A stretch of 64,000 nt of DNA. Origin: an uncultured delta proteobacterium (GTDB taxonomy: Bacteria > Desulfobacterota > BSN033 > UBA1163). The stretch lies in the NCBI GenBank assembly GCA_963708295.1, contig CAVPSJ010000012.1:160001-224000 (forward strand), given 5' to 3'. Shown here piece by piece: positions 38,975 to 51,487 of this stretch; the first letter of the stretch is position 1, and every line of letters begins with the position of its first letter. The notes beneath the pieces were generated by a model. That model did no database searches and had not been told where the DNA came from. It worked only from the letters and a program-made list of their open reading frames with translations. The translations under genes were made by a program, and so were the position numbers.

Positions 38975-40729
38975 TTAGGGAGATGGGCTCCTCAGGGCGC
39001 GGGTGCAGGCATCCCGGAGGACCTCGTCCTTTGAGTCTTTCCCCTCCTCCAAAACGGCGATGGCATCCGGCGTCCCGATCATGGCAAGGGCATGGGCAGC
39101 CCCGATACGGGTTTCATCGATCTTTCCTCGACCGAACCAACTCTTTCGTTCCAACAAGTCTTGCAGCGCAGAAACCACTTCATTGGAACCCGCCATACCG
39201 ATCCCGTTGAAGAAGGCTCTGATCTCTACCGGTTCCCTTTTAGAAAAATCCTTCGATTGCACTATTTCTATGAGGGGGATCAAGCCCGCTTTCTTGCCCA
39301 TTTTCCCCAGATTAATGGCGGCCATGCAGCGGATTCGGACATCATTGTCCGTGAGGGCCCTCACCAATAATCCGACGGTTTTCTGGCCGCCGATGAGTCC
39401 CAGGGACTGGATGGCTTCTCTCCGCACCCGATTCTCTTCATGGTTGAATGCCCTCTGGATATAAGGAAGGGATTCTTCTTTTCCGATTCGGCCCAGGATG
39501 TAGACGATATTCCGAATCAGGAACCACCGCCGATCCTCCATGAAAGGGGTGAACAGTTCGATCGCATCCTTTCCGATTTCTGCGAGGGCGTCGCAGAATA
39601 CCCTTCTCGCCTTTGAGTTTTTCAGCTCCCCTAACAGGTTGACCAAAGGCTGGATGGAGTTCTTTTGAAGGAGCAAAAGATAGGCGTTCACCTCTTCCAG
39701 ACGAACCTCCTCCCTCTCCAGAATCTTCCCGATCCTTGCGACCCGCGCTTCCTCGCCGGCTTCCAAAAAGATTCCCCTGATTTTTTCAACCTGCCAATCC
39801 TGGAGACCGTCGGTTTCGAGAAGGAGACGAACTCGTTTCAAGAGATCCCCTGCCTGGACGAACCGGCCATGCATCAGGAAGTCGTCCAATACGTTGACCA
39901 CCGACTGGACCACGCCCTGGTAAGGCTCCTGCTCTTTTTCCAAAAACAAAATCTCAAAAAGTATGTCCGTGATATTGAATGCAAAACTGCGGTTAACTTC
40001 GGCTTCGACGTCTTCTCTCAATCCCTCCGCTTCCTCTGCAGTAAAGGAATAAATGCTCGGGTCCGAAACAAAGGGAGAAAGCTCCTCGGTTCCTTTGGAT
40101 AGGATTGCATTCAAATCCGCTCCCTCCTCTGAACCCCCTGCCTCCACGAGATGGGCAACGGGTTTGAGGACCAAATTTTTTCTGAATTGCTCGACCGTAT
40201 CCGGGAGGAGGAGCATTGACTCCTCCGAATATTCATCCACCGCCAGATAGCGGATGTGCACAAAATCTCTCTCCCACATCATCGTGATCATATCCCCCTC
40301 GGATGGGTTGACCTGTTCACTCTGCTTGAGGATATCGATGATGCCCTGAACCTCCCACTCTTCCAGATTCTTCAAAAACCGGATTTCTCTTAATCCGTCT
40401 TTATACAGGGAAAAGGCGAGGCTTGTCTTCACGTCCCGATTCTCGTATAAGATCTTGCCTTTATAGGAAAGATCGTATTGCCCGACCTGAATCACGAAGG
40501 ACGGATATTTATTTAAGAAATGCCGGAATTTTCTGAGCAGCTGGTCCTTCAGCCCTTTGAGGGTGGGATTGTCGGGGGGATGGAATCGAAAGGCCTTGAT
40601 CGCCTTGACGAAAGCGCTGGTGAGATCCCTTGAGAGGAGGATCTCTTCATCCGTCTCTGTTTCCTCGATCGGCGGCATTTCTCCGCTCAGATCGAGAAAT
40701 TTTTTGTCCGCCGAAACCTCTTCAGGCAT
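38975..40729 (-). CDS. HEAT/PBS-lyase repeat protein
   Basis: WFLIRNIVYILGRIG, RVRREAIQSLGLIG, VRIRCMAAINLG repeats. Confidence 0.88.
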   Translation of the reverse strand: MPEEVSADKKFLDLSGEMPPIEETETDEEILLSRDLTSAFVKAIKAFRFHPPDNPTLKGLKDQLLRKFRHFLNKYPSFVIQVGQYDLSYKGKILYENRDVKTSLAFSLYKDGLREIRFLKNLEEWEVQGIIDILKQSEQVNPSEGDMITMMWERDFVHIRYLAVDEYSEESMLLLPDTVEQFRKNLVLKPVAHLVEAGGSEEGADLNAILSKGTEELSPFVSDPSIYSFTAEEAEGLREDVEAEVNRSFAFNITDILFEILFLEKEQEPYQGVVQSVVNVLDDFLMHGRFVQAGDLLKRVRLLLETDGLQDWQVEKIRGIFLEAGEEARVARIGKILEREEVRLEEVNAYLLLLQKNSIQPLVNLLGELKNSKARRVFCDALAEIGKDAIELFTPFMEDRRWFLIRNIVYILGRIGKEESLPYIQRAFNHEENRVRREAIQSLGLIGGQKTVGLLVRALTDNDVRIRCMAAINLGKMGKKAGLIPLIEIVQSKDFSKREPVEIRAFFNGIGMAGSNEVVSALQDLLERKSWFGRGKIDETRIGAAHALAMIGTPDAIAVLEEGKDSKDEVLRDACTRALRSPSP

Positions 40730-40998
40730 ACATTCCCTTTTCGTGCAGCCCCGTCGTTAAGCCTGCCGTTCCGATCGTTTCCTCAGGTCAAGCCGCCGGA
40801 AAACCTCCCGCGCTGGACATCGGGGCCCCCGGTGTTCAACGTCGGCAGGCTATCTCTTGAGATGGTTCTATCTTTAAGAATTTTGGGCGATTTGTCAATA
40901 ATTTTTTTGAGGTTTAGAAAAAAACAAAGCTGATCCGGGCCCCCGGATGACGCCCTCCCCCTTGAACAATCCCTCAAGAGATGGTATTTTGTCGGTGA

Positions 40999-41757
40999 GT
41001 GAATGATTTTGGAATGATGACGCCTCCTTCCCCCAATCCACCGAAGGGCATGCTTTATATCGTCTCCACTCCTATCGGGAACCGGGAGGATATTACCTTA
41101 AGAGCCCTCCGAATCCTGAAGGAAGTTGACTTAATCGCCGCGGAAGACACCCGGCACACCGGCCTCCTCCTGAAACACTTTGGAATCCAGACCCCGCTCA
41201 GCAGCTATTTTGAAGGAAACGAACTCAGGAAAAGGGATCTCATCCTCTCCAGATTGAAGCAGGGCGACCGGGTAGCCCTTGTCTCAGACGCGGGAACCCC
41301 CGGCATCTCGGATCCCGGGTTTCGTCTGATCCAACTGGCCATTGAGAACCAAATTCCTGTCGTCCCGATCCCCGGCGCTTCCGCCGTGATCACCGCTCTC
41401 AGCGTCTCGGGCCTTCCGACGGACGCCTTTCTCTTTAAGGGTTTCTTACCCCACAAATCAACCAAGAGGAGAGGGCTGCTCGAGCAATTGGAGAATAAGA
41501 GAGAAACCCTCATTCTTTATGAATCCCCTCATCGTATCGTCGAGACGTTAAAGGACATTTTTGATATTTTGGGCGACCGGGAGATCGTTCTTGCCCGGGA
41601 ACTAACCAAGATTTACGAGGAGGTACTTCGCGGCAGGGTGAGTGAAATCCAGAGCCGGATCACAGGGAGAACGATCAAGGGAGAAATTACCTTGGTCATC
41701 TCTGGAAAGACCCGCAAGGGAGCCCGCCGGGTGGAACCCATTGTCACCGCTGAATGA
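40999..41757 (+). CDS. rsmI: 16S rRNA Cm1402 methyltransferase
   Basis: LYIVSTPIGN.EDIT.RAL, AEDTR, SDAGTPGISDPG, YESPHR, RELTKIYEE; true start may be slightly downstream. Confidence 0.95.
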   Translation: MNDFGMMTPPSPNPPKGMLYIVSTPIGNREDITLRALRILKEVDLIAAEDTRHTGLLLKHFGIQTPLSSYFEGNELRKRDLILSRLKQGDRVALVSDAGTPGISDPGFRLIQLAIENQIPVVPIPGASAVITALSVSGLPTDAFLFKGFLPHKSTKRRGLLEQLENKRETLILYESPHRIVETLKDIFDILGDREIVLARELTKIYEEVLRGRVSEIQSRITGRTIKGEITLVISGKTRKGARRVEPIVTAE

Positions 41758-42025
41758 ATATGCTACAAGATGAACTCGGCAGATGAAGAATCGATCCCGA
41801 GAGCCTTGGGGCAGGAAGTTTTCTGGGTCTCCTATCATGGGAGGTAATCCCTCAGTTATGAGTTCAAGTAATGCAAACGTACCCTTTTACCCCTCTTTAG
41901 TATCCTTTTCCTGTCATAGACAGGCAAAGAGGGGCAAGGGGAGATTTTCTCAGCGTGATTTAAAAATCCCCCTTTATCCCCCTTTGCTAAAGGGGGATAA
42001 GAATACCCGAGGCTGAGGGGTTCCT

Positions 42026-42958
42026 ATGGAAGCATCTTTTCGCAAAGAAATCGTCCTAAGAACGAGTGGTTTGAGTAAGAGGTTCGCAAGGCGCTGGGCC
42101 GTCAAGGATCTCAATCTTGAGGTTCACCGGGGGGACGTCTTTGGCTTTCTCGGTCCCAATGGAGCGGGGAAAAGTACGACCATTCGGATGATTCTGACCC
42201 TTCTCAGACCGACGGCGGGCTCGATCGAAATTTTTGGGAAGGATCTTCAACAAAAACGCCGCTCCGTTCTTTCCCGGGTGTGCGGAATCGTGGAGAAACC
42301 CGATTTCTATCTGTACCTTTCGGCCTACAAAAATCTCGAGATCCTCGGCTCAATGACCCGCAGCATTCGAAAGGATGAGATCATGGAAGCCCTGGATGCG
42401 GTCGGGCTGACGTCACGCGCTTTCGAGAAGGTCAAGACTTTTTCACACGGAATGAAACAACGCCTTGGAATCGCTCAGGCCCTTTTGACCAACCCGGAAC
42501 TGATCATCCTGGACGAACCGACATCGGGGCTTGACCCACAGGGGATGAAAGAAGTCAGAGAATTGATTAAGAAGCTCTCGACGGAAAGGGAAATGACCAT
42601 CTTCCTTTCTTCGCACCTTCTTTCCGAGGTCGAACTGGTGGCCACGCGGATGGCCGTCGTCAACCACGGGAAGCTGATCGTCCAGGGAGACGTTTCGAAA
42701 CTGCTTGAGAGAGAAGCAACGGAATACTCCGTCCAAGCCTCCCCCTTTGACGCAGCGGTCAAACTCATCGGGGATCTCCCCTGGGCGAACGTCGCCTCCA
42801 CCGAGAACGGCAAGATCGAGGTGCATCTGACCTCCGGACGCGCATCCGAGTTGAACAGCGTTCTGGTGACCCATGGGATCGATGTCTCTTCTTTTTACCC
42901 GCATCGAACCCTGGAGGATTTCTTTTTGAGGATTACCGAAGGGACATCCGAGATATGA
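42026..42958 (+). CDS. ABC-2 type transporter ATP-binding protein
   Basis: GPNGAGKST, FSHGMKQRLG, ILDEPTSGLDP. Confidence 0.93.
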   Translation: MEASFRKEIVLRTSGLSKRFARRWAVKDLNLEVHRGDVFGFLGPNGAGKSTTIRMILTLLRPTAGSIEIFGKDLQQKRRSVLSRVCGIVEKPDFYLYLSAYKNLEILGSMTRSIRKDEIMEALDAVGLTSRAFEKVKTFSHGMKQRLGIAQALLTNPELIILDEPTSGLDPQGMKEVRELIKKLSTEREMTIFLSSHLLSEVELVATRMAVVNHGKLIVQGDVSKLLEREATEYSVQASPFDAAVKLIGDLPWANVASTENGKIEVHLTSGRASELNSVLVTHGIDVSSFYPHRTLEDFFLRITEGTSEI

Positions 42959-43797
42959 GGCTCTTCTGGCTTGAAATCTACAAGACCTTCAGCCGGTGGC
43001 GAACGTACATCGGTTTCGCCTTTATCGCCCTGGTGGTCATTTTGACAGAAGTCGTGATGAAACTGAGCGCCGTCGAGATCATGAATCGCATGATGAGATC
43101 GACGCAGAAAGATTTCCTCGTCTTCGGAAATGTTTTGAACGGGTGGTTTGTCTCGGCCTTTATCATGAACACCCTTCACATCCACATCCCTTTCCTCATC
43201 GCTCTCGTCGCCGGGGACATCGTCTCGGGCGAGGCCACCTCCGGGACCGTGAGGTTCCTCTTGATACGGCCTCCGTCGAGGCACAGGATCATTGCGGCCA
43301 AATACGTCACGACGCTCTTTTACACGGCCGGCCTGGTCATCTTCCTTGGAATCGTGTGCATCCTGCCGGGGCTCGCTCTGTTCGGCAGCGGCGACTTGAT
43401 CATGCATCATTTCGGAAAGTTCGGAATTGTCTTTATCCCCGAAGCTCAAATTCCCGTTCGGATGCTTCTCGCCTTCATGGCCGCCATCTGGTCGATGATG
43501 ACGGTGGCTTCGATTGCTTTTCTTCTCTCGACCCTCGTCGAAAATTCCATCGGCCCGATCATCGGCACCATGGCCGTCGTCATCGTCTTTCTGGTGATCG
43601 GAAATTTCCCATTTGATTTCTTCGGGACCCTCAAGCCGTACCTCTTTACAACCTATATGGTCTTCTGGCAGCGATTCCTCGATGACCCGATCCCCTGGCA
43701 GGAGATCGCCAAGTCAGCAGCGATCCTCGGCCTCCATAGCCTCGCCCTATTCGCCATCGCTCTCGGGACCTATGCAAGAAAGGATATCAAGAGTTGA
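42955..43797 (+). CDS. ABC-2 type transporter permease
   Basis: GDIVSGE..SGTVRFLLIRP.SR..IIAAK; 6 TM; coupled to the ATPase. Confidence 0.9.
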   Translation: MRLFWLEIYKTFSRWRTYIGFAFIALVVILTEVVMKLSAVEIMNRMMRSTQKDFLVFGNVLNGWFVSAFIMNTLHIHIPFLIALVAGDIVSGEATSGTVRFLLIRPPSRHRIIAAKYVTTLFYTAGLVIFLGIVCILPGLALFGSGDLIMHHFGKFGIVFIPEAQIPVRMLLAFMAAIWSMMTVASIAFLLSTLVENSIGPIIGTMAVVIVFLVIGNFPFDFFGTLKPYLFTTYMVFWQRFLDDPIPWQEIAKSAAILGLHSLALFAIALGTYARKDIKS

Positions 43798-44504
43798 AGA
43801 ACATTTTGCTATGCCTCCTCTGGGTTCCACTTTTCCTTTTCCCCGGTCTCCTCCAGGCTCAGGAGGAAGGCGTCCGCACCCTGGACGCCCTGCAAAAAAA
43901 ATACTCCGGCCTGAAGGATTACACCGTCGATGTCAACGTCCATTTTGACGTCGAAGGCTTCAAGGCGCCCGACATGCAAGCGAAGCTCTATTGCAAGCCT
44001 CCCGACAAGATGAAAATTGAATCGAAGAGAATCTTTTTCCTCCCGAAAGAGGGCGGAACCTTCAACCCTTTGATGTTCAACAAGGAAGATTTTGAGGTCA
44101 AATTTCTGGAACGTTTAACGCACGCAGGCCGAAATGAAGTAAAACTGAAGCTGACGCCCAAAAAAAGGAAACCCAATGCTCCTCAGGATTTCATGTTGAC
44201 CATCGACACGGACCGGAACCTGATCAAAGAGATGAATATATCCTCGCCCGACGGAAGGGAAGTGAAGGCCTTGATGGAATACGGTCCTTTCAGTGGTTTC
44301 GACCTCCCGACACGCATCGAGCTCCACCTCGACATGCAATTTAATGAATCGCGGGAGTTCAAAGATTTCGGTCCGCCTTCCCAGCCTGCAAAGCGAGTCA
44401 CCGGGCGGGTCGAAATCACCTATTCGAACTACAAAGTCAACGTGGGGCTCAGTGATCAGATCTTCAAGGAGACGGAGGCTTCCAAGCTGAAAAAAGGTCC
44501 CTAG
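43794..44504 (+). CDS. LolA-like exported protein
   Basis: Signal peptide, LKDYTVD, PDKMKIE, ITYSNYKVNVGLSDQIF. Confidence 0.75.
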   Translation: MKNILLCLLWVPLFLFPGLLQAQEEGVRTLDALQKKYSGLKDYTVDVNVHFDVEGFKAPDMQAKLYCKPPDKMKIESKRIFFLPKEGGTFNPLMFNKEDFEVKFLERLTHAGRNEVKLKLTPKKRKPNAPQDFMLTIDTDRNLIKEMNISSPDGREVKALMEYGPFSGFDLPTRIELHLDMQFNESREFKDFGPPSQPAKRVTGRVEITYSNYKVNVGLSDQIFKETEASKLKKGP

Positions 44505-44911
44505 CTCCCCCGCCGCTTCGTCGCTGTCCTCTTTTCCGGATGTCTTCTTTATTTTCGTGTGTTCCCCTCTACATCCTGCCCCTCGATGCCCTGATCGACA
44601 GAAGAACCTTTTTTCAGGATCAGGTAACCTTGACCAACCCATTTCAAAACATAACCCCCCTTCATCCCCCCTTAAATTAAGGGGGGAATAGAGGGGGGTT
44701 ATCGCTTCATCAGCCCAACCGTTTCAGAGTTTGGCTGCATGAGTTTGAAGGGGGAGAGTTGGTATCAATATCATTACGGGCCTTGATCCGGGGTACCTTC
44801 CACGCGGGCCTTATGAAGCCTCAGAGGGACTCACCCTTGCCGCGGACACGGGAAAACTGGAGGACAATGCCGAGAAACCTTAGGCTGGTGTCTGAACAAT
44901 AGGAGAGAGGC

Positions 44912-45559
44912 TTAATCGTTGGAAAGAGCGGATTCTTCCTGGGCTATGCGCTGGGCCTTGATCTTCATGAGGCGGCTCGTGTTGGAGCGCTCCATCTCGT
45001 CGAGCTTGCTCATGATGTACTTGATCGTCTCCTTCATTCGGGGGATGAAGGTATGCTCAAGGGCGTTCACCCGGCGTCTCGTTTTCTCGATCTCGATGCT
45101 CAAGCGCCTGACGGCTTCCTCCAGTTCGGCCATGCGAATGAGCTTCGGCAAAAACTTCTTCAGAGAATCGATCGCCTGGTCCAGCTCGGGGGAGGTGTGA
45201 ATGAAGGAATACATGCCGCCGACGGTGCCGAAGGTCACCTCGATCTTCGGGATGACCACGCTCATGAGCCGGCGGGGCTTTACCGTGAGCTGAAGCTCCT
45301 GCTTGGTGCTCTCGAGCGCGTTCTCCGTGATCTTGCGGGAGGAGGTGATCTCGGCCAGGACGAAGAGCTTGAGCACGTAAGGAAGCTCGTCATCCACGGC
45401 GAGGCGGAACCGCTTATACTCCTTCGCAATCTCCAGGAACTCCTGCATGAGGCCGTCCAGCTTGTCCTTGAGGAGCTTGTGGCCCCGCTGGGCAACCACG
45501 AGGCGCTTGCGCAGCCTCAGGAGTTCCATCCGGGTCGGGTTAACCGCTAATCTTGCCAT
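44912..45559 (-). CDS. V/A-type ATPase subunit D
   Basis: NPTRMELL, RGHKLLKDK, EIEKTRRRVNALE. Confidence 0.96.
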   Translation of the reverse strand: MARLAVNPTRMELLRLRKRLVVAQRGHKLLKDKLDGLMQEFLEIAKEYKRFRLAVDDELPYVLKLFVLAEITSSRKITENALESTKQELQLTVKPRRLMSVVIPKIEVTFGTVGGMYSFIHTSPELDQAIDSLKKFLPKLIRMAELEEAVRRLSIEIEKTRRRVNALEHTFIPRMKETIKYIMSKLDEMERSNTSRLMKIKAQRIAQEESALSND

Positions 45560-45565
45560 GCCGTC

Positions 45566-46949
45566 CTACTTCTTCGGATAGTATTTCTCAAGGTACTCGT
45601 CGCGCACACGTTTGAGTTCGCTCTTGGGGAGCATGAGCGAGCAGATTCCAGCCAATGCGAAGACTCTCTTCGATGGAGCGGTTCTCGTCCTCACCCTGGC
45701 GGACGAACTGGTCCTCGAAGGCGTCGGAGAACTTCACGAACAGGACGTCCGCCTCGCTGAGCGCCGACTCGCCGAGAACGACCGCCAGCTCCTTCGCGTT
45801 CTTCCCTCTCGCATAGGCCGCGTAGAGCTGGTTCATGAGGTCCGCATGATCCTCGCGGGTCTTGCCGGCGCCGATTCCCTTGTCCTTCAAGCGGGAAAGG
45901 GACGGCAACACATCGACGGGCGGATAGATGCCCTGGGCATGGAGACCGCGGTGGATGATGATCTGTCCTTCGGTGATGTACCCGGTGAGGTCAGGGATCG
46001 GGTGCGTTTTGTCGTCCTCGGGCATCGTGAGAACCGGAATCTGCGTGATCGACCCCTTCTTGCCTTTGATCCGGCCTGCACGCTCGTAGATCGTGGAGAG
46101 GTCGGTGTAGAGATAGCCGGGGTAACCCCGCCTGCCGGGGACCTCTCTGCGGGCAGCGGAGATCTCGCGAAGCGCCTCGCAGTAGTTCGTGAGGTCGATC
46201 AGGATGACCAGCACGTGCATGTCCTTCTCGTAGGCCAGGTACTCGGCCGCCGTGAGCGCCATACGGGGCAGCGCAATCCGCTCGATCGGCGGGTCATCCG
46301 CAAGGTTCATGAACAGGACGGAGCGCTCGATGGCGCCGGTCCGCCGAAAGTCCGCGACGAAGAACTCGGATTCCTCGAAGGTGATTCCCATGGCGGCAAA
46401 GACCACCGCGAACTTCTCGCCGGTCTTGAGCACTTTGGCCTGACGGGCGATCTGGGCCGCGATCCGGGAGTGGGGAAGACCCGAGCCCGAGAAGAGCGGG
46501 AGTTTCTGTCCCCGGACCAGCGTATTGAGGAGGTCGATCGTGGAGATCCCCGTCTGGATGAATTCGTTCGGGTAGTCCCGGGAGAAGGGGTTCATGGGGT
46601 TGCCGTTCACGTTCAGGTACTTCTCCGGGATGATGGCAGGCCCATCGTCGATCGGGCGGCCGAACCCGTCAAAGACCCTCCCCAGCATATCGATGGAGAC
46701 ACCGAGCTCCATGCCTTTGCCGAGGAACTTCACCTTGACGTCCTGGGGTGAAAGACCGCTCGTTCCCTCAAAGACCTGTACCATGGCCTTGGTCCCGTTC
46801 ACTTCAAGGACACGGCCCCTCCGCATGGAGCCGTCGGAGAGCTTGATCTCGGTGAGTTCGCCGTAGGTAATCCCTTCGACGCCCTCCACGAGCATCAAAG
46901 GGCCTGCAATCTGCTTCACCGTTCGATATTCTTTCGTTACACTTGGCAT
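45566..46949 (-). CDS. V/A-type ATPase subunit B (frameshift near C-terminus)
   Basis: [40 protein letters not shown]; true end [16 protein letters not shown]. Confidence 0.95.
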
Positions 46950-46964
46950 TGCGGGTTGACCTCA

Positions 46965-48723
<1,759 letters not shown>

Positions 48724-48745
48724 ATCATTATCCTTATCCCCTTCT

Positions 48746-48994
48746 CTAGCAGTTTGCTGAAAGAGTCATTTTTCGCAGGCTGCTCAAAAATGCCCGGATG
48801 CCAGGCCCCAAAATCCTTCGTAGGGGCAATTCATGAATTGCCCCTACACATACGCTGCAACAAGCCTTCCCCGTGCTTGACACGAGAAGGATGAGGGGTC
48901 CGTTGCGACGAATAAGGAGCAACTCCTGGCACGCCGCCGAGACGGTGAGGCGGCCGGGAACGCCGCAGATGGGCGTCTTTCAGCAGCCTGCTAG
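48746..48994. mobile_element. MITE with terminal inverted repeats at a CTAG site, containing a nested GTAG-type REP palindrome (48820-48847)
   Basis: CTAGCAGTTTGCTGAAAGA ... TCTTTCAGCAGCCTGCTAG; GTAGGGGCAATTCATGAATTGCCCCTAC. Confidence 0.7.
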
Positions 48995-49311
48995 TCTTTA
49001 CCCAGAAGATCTATCCCCAGGGAGCGTTCAACGGATTTTCGCATCTCCTGGAAGCTTACATGTTTGCTTCCCTCATGGGTCGGGATGATGGTCAGTACTG
49101 CGGAGGACCTCCCCCGAAACTCCTCAATGGCTTTCGGAGCATCCTTGGCCATGCTTTCCGTGACGAGCACCAAACCGATCTCCGGATCACGGGACAGGGT
49201 GTTCAACTCATGCATCAGCTTTTCGCTGTCATCGATGGGAACGATCTCGAACCCCACCCCCTTGAACCCGAGGATAAGATGTTTTTCACCGACCGCCACG
49301 GCCTTAGACAT
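48991..49311 (-). CDS. V/A-type ATPase subunit F
   Basis: AVGEKHLILGFKGVG, VERSLGIDLL; operon position. Confidence 0.9.
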   Translation of the reverse strand: MSKAVAVGEKHLILGFKGVGFEIVPIDDSEKLMHELNTLSRDPEIGLVLVTESMAKDAPKAIEEFRGRSSAVLTIIPTHEGSKHVSFQEMRKSVERSLGIDLLGKD

Positions 49312-50291
49312 AGCCCTCCCTCAATCTCTGCCTGAGCAGGGTCTGATCGATGCGATTGAGCCTGCCGTTCACAACGAGCTTCATGTTTTGGATCTCCGCC
49401 TGAAGCCCGACGAGAAACGCAAAGACACGTTCCGGTCCGGCGGTTTGCATTTTTCCATCGCGGGCGATTTTGGTGAGATGGTTGGTCACTTTGAGCTCGA
49501 AGCCTGAGATCTGTTCATCCTCGGGCAGTCTCAAGCGATTCCGAGAGGATATCCCCGACTTCTCCTCCCACCACAGACGGCCAGTTCTCGGTATTGGGCA
49601 TGCCGGAGAGTTCGGTGACGACAGGGGTAAAATCACCAAGCGGAAGCAGGTATTGCTGGTAACGACGGAGCGACTGCTGCTGCCTCAGCGCCCGCCAGAG
49701 GATGATGACGATGTATGAAAGCACCCGGTCGTGAATATACGCGCTGACGAGCTCCGACTTCAGTTGATGCGCGATCGAAAGCAGATTTCTTAAATACGCG
49801 CCGTCGAGAAGGATCTCCAGGATCGCCGGATCGATCTCGCCGGACTCCCCGGTAATCCCTGTCTCCGATTCTCGCAAAGAGGCGGGGAGGTCCGCTTGAT
49901 CGCCTTGACGGATCGTGATGAGCTTTTCCTGGGAGAGCAATCCGAAATGGAAAGGAAAATCCGAAGATCCCGTCAGCGCACTCTTCAGATTCAGGTAATC
50001 GCCCTGCAGAAGAAAAAGGTCAGCGGGAAGGCTGGATGGGGAATCTCCCTTCAGAGAGAGCGCCATCTCGTAGAAACATCGGTCACAAATGTCGCTGAAA
50101 TCGTCCCACACCGTTCCCGGCGTAAGGTAATCCCTCAGGAAGGTGTCCTGCAAATGCTGGATCAGGTCGCCCAGATGTTCCTGGGCAATGAGATTCAGAA
50201 AGAACTCCCGAGGCAGGAGTTTCCCTTCCAGGACGCTGATCCTTCCGGAGACGAACCCCCAGCGCATGTTGTTTTTTATCCTCGGAACCAT
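49304..50291 (-). CDS. V/A-type ATPase subunit C/d (frameshift near 49510)
   Basis: SGRISVLEGKLL N-terminus; GPERVFAFL..EIQNMKLVVNGR..LRQRLREGYV C-terminus. Confidence 0.85.
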
Positions 50292-50297
50292 ACCCTA

Positions 50298-50887
50298 TTA
50301 TCCCGGAAACAGCTCTGATGCAATGGCAGGGAGCATGTCATGCTCGATGTCCTGAAGCATCGTATCCAGTGTCTGATCCACTTCGAAGTCGGCGCTCACG
50401 AAGATGAAACCGCCACGTTCCGGTAGCGGAGTCATTCCGATCAAGGGTGATTTTTGCATCGCCACGACCTTCGTTCAGTTCAGAAAGGATCTTCTCGAAA
50501 AGGTCCTTCTCATCCGGGTGGACCCGGATCTTGCCCTCGTAGCTTCCCGCTGCCTTCTCAATCAGCCGCCCCATGACCTTGGCGTACTTCTCCGGAGGCC
50601 AGGCCAGGATCTCATGCTTGGCCCTTTCAAAGAGGGACTTCAGGAGGATGTTTCTCTTGTCGAGGATCTGCTTGCCGGCTGCTCCCTTGGAGCTGGATCA
50701 GCTTTCGGCTGTACTCATCTTCGATGGCCTGTATTCTGAATTTCCAGAGCCGTTCAAACTCCTGTTCCGCCACCTCTTTTTGTGACTTCAGGAAATCGCC
50801 ATTCTTCTTTTTTGCACTATCGATGATGCGCGTCGCTTCCGCTTTGGCCTCCGACAGGACCGCCTGACGGATCTTTTCTAATCCCAT
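50298..50887 (-). CDS. V/A-type ATPase subunit E (frameshifted)
   Basis: MGLEKIRQAVLSEAKAEA start; GGFIF..FEVDQTLDTML..IASELFPG* end. Confidence 0.8.
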
Positions 50888-50904
50888 GATCTTCTCCCCC
50901 TCCC

Positions 50905-51420
50905 TTATTTAGGCAGGAATTGAAGCATAACCGGCTGGGTCAGGAAAACGATGAAGAGGATGGTCGCAAGCAGTGCCACGACCGCATACGTTTCAACGAA
51001 TGCCGGGAAAAGGACCGCCTTACCGGCAGCCTCCGGTCTGCGGGCCAGGAGCGAAATACCCGCAGCAGAGGCCTCTCCCTGATAGATCGCAGAGATAAAC
51101 TGGGCAAGACCATCTCCAAGCCCGATAAAGAAGAGCGCAATGCCTGTGCCGAGGGATATCTTCAGCGGGCCGCCGCCGATGAGCCCTGTCTGGGTCATCA
51201 TGAGAATCGCTGCGATAAATCCGTAGAACCCCTGTGTGCCGGGGAGCGCAATCATCACCAGCATTCGGCCGAAGAGTTCCGGCTTCTCCCGCATCACGCC
51301 GGCAGCCTGGTGAGCGGCGATGGCAATACCCCAGGCAGAGCCGGAACCGGCCAAACCAAAGGCCAGGCCCGCACCAGCAAAGCAAAGACCGCGTCCTATC
51401 TCGATCGATTCAGGTATCAT
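50905..51420 (-). CDS. V/A-type ATPase subunit K (c), Na+-binding signature
   Basis: 4-TM proteolipid with LPGTQGFYG, SAIYQG, VETYA. Confidence 0.93.
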   Translation of the reverse strand: MIPESIEIGRGLCFAGAGLAFGLAGSGSAWGIAIAAHQAAGVMREKPELFGRMLVMIALPGTQGFYGFIAAILMMTQTGLIGGGPLKISLGTGIALFFIGLGDGLAQFISAIYQGEASAAGISLLARRPEAAGKAVLFPAFVETYAVVALLATILFIVFLTQPVMLQFLPK

Positions 51421-51487
51421 TTCTCCTCCTCCGTAGTTTCTTGGAATAGGGACCGGACCTGTCGTCTCCCATCCCGATCCGGTGCCC

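Noticed and set aside
40758-40852. SRP (4.5S) or 6S RNA
   Set aside because: Contains CAGGTCA..CCGGAA but lacks the GGAAGCAGC helix-8 motif; too short and in the wrong context for 6S.
45612-46751. Long antisense ORFs (e.g. 379 aa opposite V-ATPase B; others opposite M24, ileS, kdpD)
   Set aside because: Shadow ORFs caused by GC-rich codon usage of well-supported genes on the other strand.
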